Of a DNA stretch of 64,000 nt, positions 31,998-41,191 are shown one piece after another. The stretch is from Candidatus Sulfomarinibacteraceae bacterium (GTDB taxonomy: Bacteria; Acidobacteriota; Thermoanaerobaculia; Thermoanaerobaculales; Sulfomarinibacteraceae). The first letter of the stretch is position 1. Every line of letters starts with the position of its first letter. The notes beneath the pieces were generated by a model. The model did no database searches and was not told the origin of the DNA. It saw only the letters and a program-made list of their open reading frames with translations. The translations under genes and the position numbers were made by a program. The stretch lies in the NCBI GenBank assembly GCA_963796455.1, contig CAWCLO010000004.1, positions 928,001 to 992,000 of the forward strand. Direction: 5' to 3'.

Positions 31998-32879
31998 ATG
32001 AAAATTCTCATTTCCGACGCCTTCGACCCTGCGTTGCCGGCCAAACTCGAAACCTTCGGCGAAGTCACGGAGGACAAAGAGCGTCTGCCTGAGGTGGATG
32101 TGGTTCTGGTGCGTTCAAAAACAAAATGCACCAGCGAATATATCGATCAAGCAAAGAATCTCCGTCTGATCATTCGCGGCGGGGTCGGTCTGGACAATAT
32201 CGATGTGGAATATGCACGTTCGAAAGGTGTGCAGGTGTTCAATACAGCTCAGGCATCGGCGGTTTCGGTCGCCGAACTCGCCTTTGCTCTGATGATCTCG
32301 GTGCCGACTCGACTGGTCGAGGGTCACGACAGCATGAAACGACGTGATTGGCTGAAGAAACAACTCAAACGCACCGAACTCATGGGCAAGACCCTGGGTC
32401 TGGTAGGCGCCGGCAACATCGGCACCGAGTTGGCGCGGCGGGCAATCGCCTTCGGCATGCGGGTGATCGCCTACGATCCGCTCATCAAAGGACACGAATG
32501 TGTCGATCTGGTGACGCTGGAAGAGCTGTTCGAGCAGTCGGACTACATCTCGCTCCACGTACCGCTGACTGACACGACCACGGGCATGTTCAACTCCGAC
32601 ACCATCGCGACCATGAAAGACGGCGTCGTGATCATCAACACCGCCCGCGGGGGTTGTATTGTCGAGGACGATATGGCGGCTGCACTCAAGTCCGGCAAAG
32701 TTCGCGCTTATGCCACCGACGTGTTCTACTCCGATCCGCCGGACGATTCGTGTCCGTTGTACGATGAGCCGAATGCGATCATGACGCCCCACCTGGGCGC
32801 GTCGAGCCGTGAGAACATGTTGCGGATTGGTGATGTGGTTGTCAGAATCCTCGAGGACTTCGACCAACAGACCGCATGA
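31998..32879 (+). CDS. serA: D-3-phosphoglycerate dehydrogenase-like 2-hydroxyacid dehydrogenase (short form, no ACT domain)
   Basis: GVGLDNID, GAGNIG, NTARG, TPHLGAS; adjacent to serC. Confidence 0.8.
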   Translation: MKILISDAFDPALPAKLETFGEVTEDKERLPEVDVVLVRSKTKCTSEYIDQAKNLRLIIRGGVGLDNIDVEYARSKGVQVFNTAQASAVSVAELAFALMISVPTRLVEGHDSMKRRDWLKKQLKRTELMGKTLGLVGAGNIGTELARRAIAFGMRVIAYDPLIKGHECVDLVTLEELFEQSDYISLHVPLTDTTTGMFNSDTIATMKDGVVIINTARGGCIVEDDMAAALKSGKVRAYATDVFYSDPPDDSCPLYDEPNAIMTPHLGASSRENMLRIGDVVVRILEDFDQQTA

Positions 32880-32910
32880 CCCCGATTGATGAGCCAGTGA
32901 GGAGGACACG

Positions 32911-33996
32911 ATGAGCAAGACCTGGAATTTTTATGCCGGACCTGCAACCCTGCCGGCGCCCGCGATCGAGCGCGCCAAAGCGGACCTCCCGGATTGGGAA
33001 GGAACCGGAATGTCGGTGATGGAGACCTCGCACCGATCTCCCGAATACGATGCCGTCCATCAGCAGGCGATCAGCCTGGTGACCGAACTGCTCGGTCTTG
33101 ATGACGACCACCAGGTGCTTTTCATTCAGGGTGGGGCCTCGCTCCAGTTCGCGATGCTGGCCATGAATTTCATCCCGAAGGGCGGTTCGGCGGATTACGT
33201 CAACACCGGCACCTGGTCGACCAAAGCCTTGAAAGAGGCCAACATCATCGCCAAGGGGCGGGAAGCGGCTTCGAGCGAAAAAGATGGATTCACCAGGATT
33301 CCGAAACAGGAAGAGTACGATCTCGACCCCGACGCGGCCTACGTTCACATCACGTCGAACAACACCATCAAGGGCACCCAGTTCCACGACTTCCCGGACA
33401 CCGGTTCGGTGCCTCTGGTGGCTGACATGTCATCTGATTTTCTGTGGCGGCCGTTTGACGCCAACCGTTTCAGCCTGATCTACGCCGGAGCGCAGAAAAA
33501 TATCGGCCCTTCCGGTGTGACGATGGTCATCCTCAAGAAGTCCTGGCTCGAGGCGGCCAATACCGATCTGCCGACCATGCTTTCCTACTCGACCTTCTCC
33601 GCCAAGGACTCGTTGTACAACACGCCGCCGTCCTTTTCGATCTACATGGTGAGAAACGTGCTCGAGTGGCTCAAGGACAACGGCGGTCTCACTGCCATGG
33701 AAGCTCGAAACCGGGCCAAGGGTGACCGCCTGTACGGGGTGTTTGCAGCTCACCCGGATTTCTACCGCTGCCCTGTCGACCCGGACAGCCGGTCGTATAT
33801 GAATGTCGTCTTCCGCCTTCCGACGGAAGAACTCGAAGCTGCGTTCGTGGCCGAGGGCAAGGCGGCCGGAATGGTCGGTCTCAAAGGCCATCGGTCGGTT
33901 GGCGGCTGTCGCGCCTCGATCTACAACGCCATGGCACCCGAAGGAGTCGAGTTTCTTGCGGAGTTTATGGAGGACTTCGCGCGGCGCAACGGATGA
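32911..33996 (+). CDS. serC: phosphoserine aminotransferase
   Basis: NFYAGPA, SHRS, GGASLQF, DMSS, AQKNIGP, GHRSVGG.RASIYNA. Confidence 0.97.
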   Translation: MSKTWNFYAGPATLPAPAIERAKADLPDWEGTGMSVMETSHRSPEYDAVHQQAISLVTELLGLDDDHQVLFIQGGASLQFAMLAMNFIPKGGSADYVNTGTWSTKALKEANIIAKGREAASSEKDGFTRIPKQEEYDLDPDAAYVHITSNNTIKGTQFHDFPDTGSVPLVADMSSDFLWRPFDANRFSLIYAGAQKNIGPSGVTMVILKKSWLEAANTDLPTMLSYSTFSAKDSLYNTPPSFSIYMVRNVLEWLKDNGGLTAMEARNRAKGDRLYGVFAAHPDFYRCPVDPDSRSYMNVVFRLPTEELEAAFVAEGKAAGMVGLKGHRSVGGCRASIYNAMAPEGVEFLAEFMEDFARRNG

Positions 33997-34015
33997 CCTG
34001 ATTCCGGTTCGATTC

Positions 34016-34043
34016 AAGGACGGGCTGCGGCCCGTCCTTTTTT
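34016..34043 (+). terminator. intrinsic terminator after serC
   Basis: AAGGACGGGC-TGCG-GCCCGTCCTT followed by a T run. Confidence 0.9.
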
Positions 34044-34101
34044 GTTGCCGGGGCCATCGTTTCAACGACCGGCAGGGGGAGCCTGGGTTACCATGAGTTC
34101 T

Positions 34102-34833
34102 GTGAAAAGACTGATCATCGCGGATTCTCACGTCGGGCAGATTGACGGCGATTGGGAAGCGATGTGCTCGCTGGTGCGGGCGGCCCCAGCGCGAGGAGTG
34201 TCTGAGATCATCTATCTCGGCGATGGATTTCAGTACCTGATCGGGATGTCCAAGTTCTGGACGACCGGGGTCCTGGAGGTTCTCGAGGCCTGGAGGGACG
34301 TTCGCAGCCAAGGGGTGCGGATCGTGGTTGTCGAAGGGAACCGGGATTTCTTCCTCGACGCCCCTGAGCTTGCGAACGAAATCGACTGGGGCGGACTCCG
34401 TTACGAGTTCAAGGCCGGTCCGACCGCATACCGACTGGACCATGGAGATCGTGTCAATAGCCGAGATTTCCAATACCGATTCTGGTCGAGCGTGTCGAAA
34501 TCATCACCGGCGCGCCTCTGGGCGCGGTTGTTGCCACGAAGGCTCGCCGTCAGCATCGTTCGTCGGATGGAGGCTCATCTCGCCACCACCAACAAAAAAT
34601 ACCGTTACACGAAACCGATTACCGACCTCAAGAAATCGGCGGAGAGTGCGTGGTCAGAAGGGATCGATGTGTTGTTCTGGGGACACTTTCATACCCCGTG
34701 GGAGTGGCGAAGCGGTGAACACCTGGCGATGATCATTCCGGCATGGTTGGAAACCAGAAAGAGCGTCCTGGTCGATGACATGGGAGAATGGAAACTCGAA
34801 AAAATGACTGATGTGAGTTTGCCAGAAAATTGA
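34102..34833 (+). CDS. lpxH: UDP-2,3-diacylglucosamine hydrolase (LpxH-like metallophosphoesterase); start at GTG 34102 or ATG 34093
   Basis: DSH, LGD, GNRD, HGD, GHFH motifs. Confidence 0.8.
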   Translation: MKRLIIADSHVGQIDGDWEAMCSLVRAAPARGVSEIIYLGDGFQYLIGMSKFWTTGVLEVLEAWRDVRSQGVRIVVVEGNRDFFLDAPELANEIDWGGLRYEFKAGPTAYRLDHGDRVNSRDFQYRFWSSVSKSSPARLWARLLPRRLAVSIVRRMEAHLATTNKKYRYTKPITDLKKSAESAWSEGIDVLFWGHFHTPWEWRSGEHLAMIIPAWLETRKSVLVDDMGEWKLEKMTDVSLPEN

Positions 34834-34873
34834 TCCAGCGAAAAATGGATTTGATCTTGAAAGGGGAGAGGGC

Positions 34874-36139
34874 GTGACTCCAAAGATCCTGCCAGGACCG
34901 AAGACCGAACTTCGCGGTTCGGTAAAACTTCCGCCATCGAAGAGCCTGACCAACCGCGCGCTGATTGCCGCCGCCGTCGCGGACGGCGGTATCATCACAT
35001 CGCCGCTGGATTGCGACGACACAAGGGTTCTTGTTGCTGCGCTCTCCGCTGCCGGTTGGTCGATCGATTGGAGCGATACCATCGAGGTCGGGGGACGCAC
35101 GGTCCCAGAGGGTCAAGTGCATCTCGACCTCGGCGACTCCGGAACCGGCGCGCGTCTGATCCTCGGTCTGCTGGCTGCGAGCCCCGGACGGTTCATCGTC
35201 GATGGCAGTGCGCGATTACGGCAACGGCCGATGGCTCCGGTGATAGATACGCTGCAGCGCCTGGGTGCCCAGCTCAGTTCAACTGACGGCAAATTGCCCA
35301 TCGAAATCGACGGCGTTGAACTCGATGGCGGCGGAGCCACCGTGAAACCGGAGGTCTCGTCGCAGTTTGTGAGCTCCCTGGTGCTGGCTGCGCCGCTGAT
35401 GAAAAGAGGTCTTGATCTCCAGGTCGTGGGTGATCTGCCCTCGGCGCCATATCTGGATCTGACCGAAGAAGTCCTGACCGCATTTGGTGGCGGTGTCATC
35501 GTCGACAATGATCGACGGTGGTGGCGAGTCGCTCCCGGTCCCCTTCGTCTCGCACTCTATGATGTGGAGGGAGACTGGTCTGCTGCCTCCTTCGCCCTGG
35601 CTGCTGCGGCGGTGGCGGGTGGGCAGGTGGAAATGGGGCCCCTCGAGCCTGCCAGTCGTCAAGGTGATCGTGGGATCCTCGAGATTCTCTCGCGAGCGGG
35701 GCTCGAGTTCGAGTGGCGCGAAAGATATGTCGCGGCGCGCGGACCCATCACTTCGCCAATCAAGGCCGACCTCCGCGACATGCCGGACCTCTTCCCGGCG
35801 TTGATGGTAGTCGCCGCCTGCGCGCCACCGGGATCGCGTCTCTCGGGTCTTGAAAACCTGCAACACAAAGAGAGTGACAGACTGACCGTCATGGTCCGAA
35901 ACCTCGGCAGGCTTGGGGCGGGAATCACGGTTCGGGAAACCGAAATTGAGGTCCATACCTGCATCCGACCGACCCCTGGGCCGTCGCCAAAGGTTACCGC
36001 CGCCGGAGATCACCGGGTGGCCATGGCCATGGCGGTTGCCGCCCTCGCCGTAGGTCCCCTTGAAATCGACGATGCGGATTGTGTCAGCAAATCCTTCCCG
36101 GGTTTCTGGCAAACGTGGGATGGTCTGGTGGGCGCTTGA
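34874..36139 (+). CDS. aroA: 3-phosphoshikimate 1-carboxyvinyltransferase
   Basis: SKSLTNR, SGT..R, RPM, SSQF, DWS, KESDR, DHR, KSFP. Confidence 0.95.
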   Translation: MTPKILPGPKTELRGSVKLPPSKSLTNRALIAAAVADGGIITSPLDCDDTRVLVAALSAAGWSIDWSDTIEVGGRTVPEGQVHLDLGDSGTGARLILGLLAASPGRFIVDGSARLRQRPMAPVIDTLQRLGAQLSSTDGKLPIEIDGVELDGGGATVKPEVSSQFVSSLVLAAPLMKRGLDLQVVGDLPSAPYLDLTEEVLTAFGGGVIVDNDRRWWRVAPGPLRLALYDVEGDWSAASFALAAAAVAGGQVEMGPLEPASRQGDRGILEILSRAGLEFEWRERYVAARGPITSPIKADLRDMPDLFPALMVVAACAPPGSRLSGLENLQHKESDRLTVMVRNLGRLGAGITVRETEIEVHTCIRPTPGPSPKVTAAGDHRVAMAMAVAALAVGPLEIDDADCVSKSFPGFWQTWDGLVGA

Positions 36140-36252
36140 CGATAGTTTTTCTTCTGCCGCCGCGTCTCGTGAGTCCTGGAACACCCAGCTGGCGGTGCGC
36201 GGTAGGGGATCGAAGACCGGCATTCGGCAAAAGGTGGGCTGAGGCTGGATAG

Positions 36253-39200
36253 ATGAGATTCCCGACCCCGGCGGCATTGCTTATCGAACATCCAGCGGTG
36301 CCGGTTCCGGGGATCGAGGCCCACGCGACGGAATCCGAACCTGTCGGCGAAGTGGTCGACCGGAAAACCCTGACCCGTAGCGATCGATATCAACTGGCCG
36401 CGCAACTGACGGCGGCCGTTTCATTGCTGGCGGAATTCGATCTTTGGCCCGGACGGACCGCCATCAAGTCTGCGCGGATATGGCGATCATCGGATGGAAT
36501 CGGCACAACCTTGTCCCGTTTCCCCGTGCCGTTATCGCAGGTCTTCACCCGTCTCGGCAGCGGCCAGACCGCGGCCGAGACGACCCGGCGGGCTGTCATG
36601 GAGGCCGTCTCCTGCGCGGTGGGCCTGCCGATTTCTGCGATCGACGTGGATCGCGATGAACCCGGTTTTTTTCTGGAAGGGGCGATTGTTCGGCAGCTTC
36701 GCGAGTTGCCGACGCCCCTCGACCGGGTAACGGCCCGAAGTCTGTGGGCTCTTCGCTGGGATGGTCTGCCCGCGCCCGAGCCCGGCGTCGCGAGTTACTG
36801 GCACGTATCCGATGAGGACCTGGCCCGCAGGTATGCGTCCGCCCTGTGGGCCACCCTCGGCCGCAAGGGGAGGGAAGCCTGGATGTGGCCGGCCGGGAGA
36901 GAGGATTTGGGAACGGCTCCGTCTCCGGCTCTCGGAGGCAAAGGTGTATTGATCGTCGTTGGATCCATCTCATCGGACGAATTGGCCGCGATTTCGAGAT
37001 GGGCGCAACGTCCCGGATGCTCCGCCGTGGCGGTCGGTTCATTTCCTCGAGGTTGGTACCCACCCGAACCGCCGGGAATCGACGACGGGTCCTTGTCCCG
37101 CCACCTGGCGGTCACGGGCACCACCCCGGACCGGTCGCGCAAGGTCATCGATCAACGGGCCGGTCGTTTCGATCCCTTGGATCGCCGGGATCGCGAGGCG
37201 CTGACGCGCTTGGCGAGATATCGGTTCAAGGATCCGCCGCTGATTGAAATCGGTGCCCGCGCCCGTTCGGCCGCCGAGCGGCTGGAAGAGATGCTCCACC
37301 TGGTGCCGGAAGGGCTGCCGCCGGGATTCGTTGCGGTCCACAGCGGTTTATCCGCGGGTGAGATCGATGACGCCCTGAAAGACCTCGCGGTGATCGAGAC
37401 CCTGGACCGGTGGCGGCTGCCGGATGTCCGGCCTCTCGAACCCGGTGCCGCCCATCTCGAGATCGCCGGTCTCTTCGAATCAGGCGATCCGCGGCGCCGT
37501 CTTCACAGCGCTCTGGGGAGCGGCGATGCAACAGAACTCGTCAAATGGTCGCGTCGCCAGCTCGATGTTTTGGATGGACGATCGGTTCGCGACCTTTTGG
37601 CGCCGGTTGCCCCCGGTTGTCTGGGGCCGGTTGTCCAGTCCCTCATGGCGGAAGCGTGTCTCTCGATCCTCGATCTCACTGGCGCACGAGCGGCGATCGG
37701 GATCATGAACGGGCCGCGGAGACGTGTGCTTGAGCGTTGGTTTGCATGTCTTGATGAAGCCCCATCATCTCATCACGAGATGCCCTCGGACGAGGAGCTG
37801 GAGATCGAGCCGAGGGTCGCCGCCGAGGTTGCGATCAGGGTACTCGCTCAGTCCGTTCATGGACGGGGAGGCGACCTGAAGGCGGTGCGGAATTGCATCG
37901 ATGGTCTGCTGCCCCGTTTGTCGGAGGCTCTCCGCGGCAGGATCGAAATCGAGCGTACATTCATCGACGATCCGGCTCGATTCAAGGACCGGGAGTGGCG
38001 CCGCCGGGTCGCGGCCGGACATCCGGTGCTGCGGGCACTGGTTATCCATCGTTTCGCATACCTTCTGGCGGACGCGGAGCCACACAAGGCCCGTCGGTTG
38101 TTTCGAAATCTGCGGGGCGATGAAATCGGACCGGGTCTTTCCGCCGTTCTGGAGCTGGATATCGGGATGACAGAAATCGTGGGCGGCGAATCCAGAATCG
38201 CGGAGGTCCATCAACTGAGGGCCTATCGTCTCCTTCAGGCGGCCGGCTTCCAGCATGCCACCAGGGCTGTTCTTTTCAATCTCGCTGTGACCGATCTCGA
38301 TCAGCTCAGGGTCGGGCGGGCGTCGGACCGATTGTCAGCGCTGGCCGAGGACGAGCCGGAGAGCCCGTATCTGCTTGGTGAAATGTGCCGGCTGGCATTG
38401 GCGCTCGGCGATGAGTCGGAGTTTCGCCGGAGCTTGTCGTTAATGACCGCTGATGTTTCGGCTGACCTGCCTCCGTTTGCCGAGGGTGTGGCCTTTCTGC
38501 GCGGGGTCTCTTTGCTCCTCGACGGGGATCTTGCTTCGGCTCGTCGCGAACTCGCGCGTGGCGGTCAAGAGGGAGGGGTGTGGCTCGAACTGGTCCACGG
38601 TCTGTCCGGAAGGGTTGCAGAACCCCAAACCACCGATGGTTGGGGCGTGACTCTTGCCGCTGCATGGTTGGGGCGGGGCCTTCCCTCGTTTGAAAAAACG
38701 ACGATGTCCGACCAGGAAGGCTTCGCGCTTGCGCTGGTTGATCGATTGGCGGGCACAACGATGGAGATCGAGCCCACCGCGCGGGCGCTTGCCGTCAGGG
38801 TATTGGATTCGCTCGGTATTCACGGCTGGGCGGAACAACTCCGCGGCAGTTTTGGTGGCAGCGTGGTACCGGCGCTTGCAAAGATCGTCGAGAGGGGGTC
38901 CTTTGAGGGCATCGGCGAGGACAATCTGGCCGGCCTCCTCCAGGCTCTCGGGCTCACGGGTCTCGAAATCATTGACACCCGTGAGGGTCGACAGATTTGG
39001 AGGATCGGTACGGGCGCGGCGGGAAGCGAGGTCCGTCACGGCCGAATCTCCCTGGTCCCCCTCGGCGGAGAGGCGTCGGGTGAACCGGCCTGGATTCTGG
39101 TCAAAACCCTGTTTGAGCTCTTTGCGCCGCCTTCGGTGGATCACCAGGATCCTTCGGTCGAAAAGACGGGTTTTGTCGGGTCCTCACCCCCTGCCGTACT

Positions 39201-40092
39201 GGTGCGCCGGCAACTTCTCGAACTCGGGCCGAGCCATCTGCCGATTCTCATCCTTGGTGAAACTGGAGTCGGCAAAGAGGTTGCCGCGAAAGCTCTGCAT
39301 CGATTGTCCGGGCGGGATGGCGCACTGGTCGCGGTCGATATGAACGCCATCCCGGCGAATCTCCTCGAAGCCGAACTCTTTGGTTCCCTCAAAGGGGCGT
39401 TTACCGGGGCCGATCGTGCGCGACGCGGACTGGTGATGGCAGCTGACGGCGGAACCCTTTTCCTCGACGAAATCGGCGATCTCGACCCACTGCTGCAGGT
39501 CAAGCTTCTGCGCTTTCTCGAGTCCAAGGAGGTCCGGCCGGTGGGTTCAGATCATGCAACGAAGGTGGATGTTCGGATCGTCGCCGCCACCCATCGTGAT
39601 CTGAAGCAGAGGATTCGGGAAAACGTCTTCCGGAGTGATCTTTTTTATCGACTCGCCATCACCGAGATCAAGATCCCACCTTTGCGCGAACGCCATACGG
39701 ACATTCCTGCACTGACGGAACACTTTGAGAGCTTGGCTGTCGCGCGTCATGGGCTTTTGTCGGCGCGATGGAGCGCGGAGGCGATGAAATTGCTGCAACG
39801 ATACCGCTGGCCCGGCAACGTTCGCGAGTTCCGCCAAACCATCGAGGTTGCACTCGTGCGGGCGGCCGGCGGGCCCGTGCGCGCGGAACACCTTCCGATA
39901 GAAAACTTCGAAGAAATGGAATCGAAACCCTGGGACGTTGCCCAACGGGAGTTCAGAGCCCGTTTTCTCGAAGCCGCGCTCCGCCGCAACAACGGCAACC
40001 GCAGCGCGACCGCGCGCGAACTGGGAATCTCGCGGCAAGCCCTGCTCTATCATCTGAGAAACCTGGGCCTCACACATATCCTTAAAAACTGA
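36253..40092 (+). CDS. sigma-54-dependent enhancer-binding protein with a ~950-aa uncharacterised N-terminal region
   Basis: GETGVGKE, intact GAFTGA, LFLDEIG, WPGNVRE, Fis-type HTH. Confidence 0.9.
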   Translation: MRFPTPAALLIEHPAVPVPGIEAHATESEPVGEVVDRKTLTRSDRYQLAAQLTAAVSLLAEFDLWPGRTAIKSARIWRSSDGIGTTLSRFPVPLSQVFTRLGSGQTAAETTRRAVMEAVSCAVGLPISAIDVDRDEPGFFLEGAIVRQLRELPTPLDRVTARSLWALRWDGLPAPEPGVASYWHVSDEDLARRYASALWATLGRKGREAWMWPAGREDLGTAPSPALGGKGVLIVVGSISSDELAAISRWAQRPGCSAVAVGSFPRGWYPPEPPGIDDGSLSRHLAVTGTTPDRSRKVIDQRAGRFDPLDRRDREALTRLARYRFKDPPLIEIGARARSAAERLEEMLHLVPEGLPPGFVAVHSGLSAGEIDDALKDLAVIETLDRWRLPDVRPLEPGAAHLEIAGLFESGDPRRRLHSALGSGDATELVKWSRRQLDVLDGRSVRDLLAPVAPGCLGPVVQSLMAEACLSILDLTGARAAIGIMNGPRRRVLERWFACLDEAPSSHHEMPSDEELEIEPRVAAEVAIRVLAQSVHGRGGDLKAVRNCIDGLLPRLSEALRGRIEIERTFIDDPARFKDREWRRRVAAGHPVLRALVIHRFAYLLADAEPHKARRLFRNLRGDEIGPGLSAVLELDIGMTEIVGGESRIAEVHQLRAYRLLQAAGFQHATRAVLFNLAVTDLDQLRVGRASDRLSALAEDEPESPYLLGEMCRLALALGDESEFRRSLSLMTADVSADLPPFAEGVAFLRGVSLLLDGDLASARRELARGGQEGGVWLELVHGLSGRVAEPQTTDGWGVTLAAAWLGRGLPSFEKTTMSDQEGFALALVDRLAGTTMEIEPTARALAVRVLDSLGIHGWAEQLRGSFGGSVVPALAKIVERGSFEGIGEDNLAGLLQALGLTGLEIIDTREGRQIWRIGTGAAGSEVRHGRISLVPLGGEASGEPAWILVKTLFELFAPPSVDHQDPSVEKTGFVGSSPPAVLVRRQLLELGPSHLPILILGETGVGKEVAAKALHRLSGRDGALVAVDMNAIPANLLEAELFGSLKGAFTGADRARRGLVMAADGGTLFLDEIGDLDPLLQVKLLRFLESKEVRPVGSDHATKVDVRIVAATHRDLKQRIRENVFRSDLFYRLAITEIKIPPLRERHTDIPALTEHFESLAVARHGLLSARWSAEAMKLLQRYRWPGNVREFRQTIEVALVRAAGGPVRAEHLPIENFEEMESKPWDVAQREFRARFLEAALRRNNGNRSATARELGISRQALLYHLRNLGLTHILKN

Positions 40093-40127
40093 TTCTTGGT
40101 GTTCCTTCATTGCCATTGGCGGCGGGC

Positions 40128-40153
40128 AAAAAAGAGCGGGCCGTCAGGCCCGC
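40128..40153 (-). terminator. intrinsic terminator on the minus strand
   Basis: GCGGGCC-TGAC-GGCCCGC followed by TCTTTTTT on the minus strand. Confidence 0.85.
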
Positions 40154-40206
40154 AGGAGGAAGGAGGAGGTATGATGTCGTGTACCAGGTCGTTGTGTGCC
40201 CGGCAC
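40128..40206 (-). ncRNA. candidate sigma-54-dependent small RNA with anti-SD tract
   Basis: Bounded by a -24/-12 promoter and an intrinsic terminator; contains ACCUCCUCCUUCCUCCU; no AUG. Confidence 0.65.
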
Positions 40207-40216
40207 TCAGTTTATA

Positions 40217-40232
40217 AGCAAACGGTGTGCCA
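40217..40232 (-). promoter_or_regulatory. sigma-54 (-24/-12) promoter
   Basis: Minus strand reads TGGCACACCGTTTGCT, matching TGGCAC-N5-TTGCW. Confidence 0.8.
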
Positions 40233-40255
40233 GAAATCCGGAAGTCGGTGGTTTT

Positions 40256-41191
40256 TTGGTTCAGATCGGATCTACGCTCCTCAAACAACACCTTCGGAGT
40301 CTCCGCGAAGACGGAGAACCGGAGGTCCACGAGCGTGTGGACCTGCGAGCCTGGACCGCCTTGGGCGTTGGTGGTCTGGCCGACCTTTTGATCCGATGTC
40401 GTAGTGCTGACGGGCTTCAGCGGGCGATCGACCTGCTCGCCGCGCACGGCCAGCGTTGGTTGGTTCTCGGCGCCGGAAGCCGTCTGGTACCACCGCCTGA
40501 GGGTTTGCGGGTGCCGATCGTGAATCTGAGCGGAAATCTCGCCCTCTGGGAGCTTGACCTCGATGGTGCGGTGGCTGGAGGGGGTGCCAACCTGGCACAG
40601 GTGTCCCGTGCTGCGACACGGACCGGTTTGCCCAGCTTGGCCGGGTTGATGAAGACGGGCGATTCGGTGGGTGGTGTGATCCATGCCGCCGGGAGCGGAA
40701 GATTCTCCCTCGCGGGTCTGCTCGATTGGGTTGATCTCGCGCGACCTGGCGCGCCTGCAGAAAGGCTGCTGATCAGGGACCGGGGGATCTCGTTGAGCGA
40801 TCATGAGCTCGATCTCGACCGCCGGGTCGTGATCCGGGCCCGCCTCCAGCTTGCGGCTGACAACCAGGCCACGGCACCTCAAGACCTTGCTTCCGCGGCC
40901 GGCCAACGTCTGCCGCGGCAGCCGCGGTCCACCGCGCCTGCATTTGTCGCGGCGAAGGGGAAAAGCATCGAAAACGTGCTCTCCGACGCCGAGTGCACCG
41001 GGATGACTGCCGGTGGGGCTCGTTTGTCGAAGCGGTTTCCAAATCGGATCTGTACTTCGAGGGCCTCGCGTTCCACCGACGTCGCGGCGCTGACGCGAAA
41101 GGTGATTCAGGCGGTCACGGAACGAACCGGCGAGGCGATCACCTCGGCCCTGTGTTTCGTTGATGACGAGGGTCGGGAAATCGATCCGTGA
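40256..41191 (+). CDS. MurB-like FAD-binding protein with degenerate motifs; start uncertain (40196 or 40256)
   Basis: 'WTALGVGGLAD', 'LGAGSRL', 'VGG', 'QPRST', 'GGARLS' follow the MurB motif order. Confidence 0.7.
   Translation: MVQIGSTLLKQHLRSLREDGEPEVHERVDLRAWTALGVGGLADLLIRCRSADGLQRAIDLLAAHGQRWLVLGAGSRLVPPPEGLRVPIVNLSGNLALWELDLDGAVAGGGANLAQVSRAATRTGLPSLAGLMKTGDSVGGVIHAAGSGRFSLAGLLDWVDLARPGAPAERLLIRDRGISLSDHELDLDRRVVIRARLQLAADNQATAPQDLASAAGQRLPRQPRSTAPAFVAAKGKSIENVLSDAECTGMTAGGARLSKRFPNRICTSRASRSTDVAALTRKVIQAVTERTGEAITSALCFVDDEGREIDP

Noticed and set aside
40154..40404. Strong + strand SD (AGGAGGAAGGAGGAGGT) before ATGATG, suggesting a small ORF
   Set aside because: The product is not protein-like and overlaps the MurB-like gene out of frame; the minus-strand promoter plus terminator explain the tract better, though this is not fully excluded
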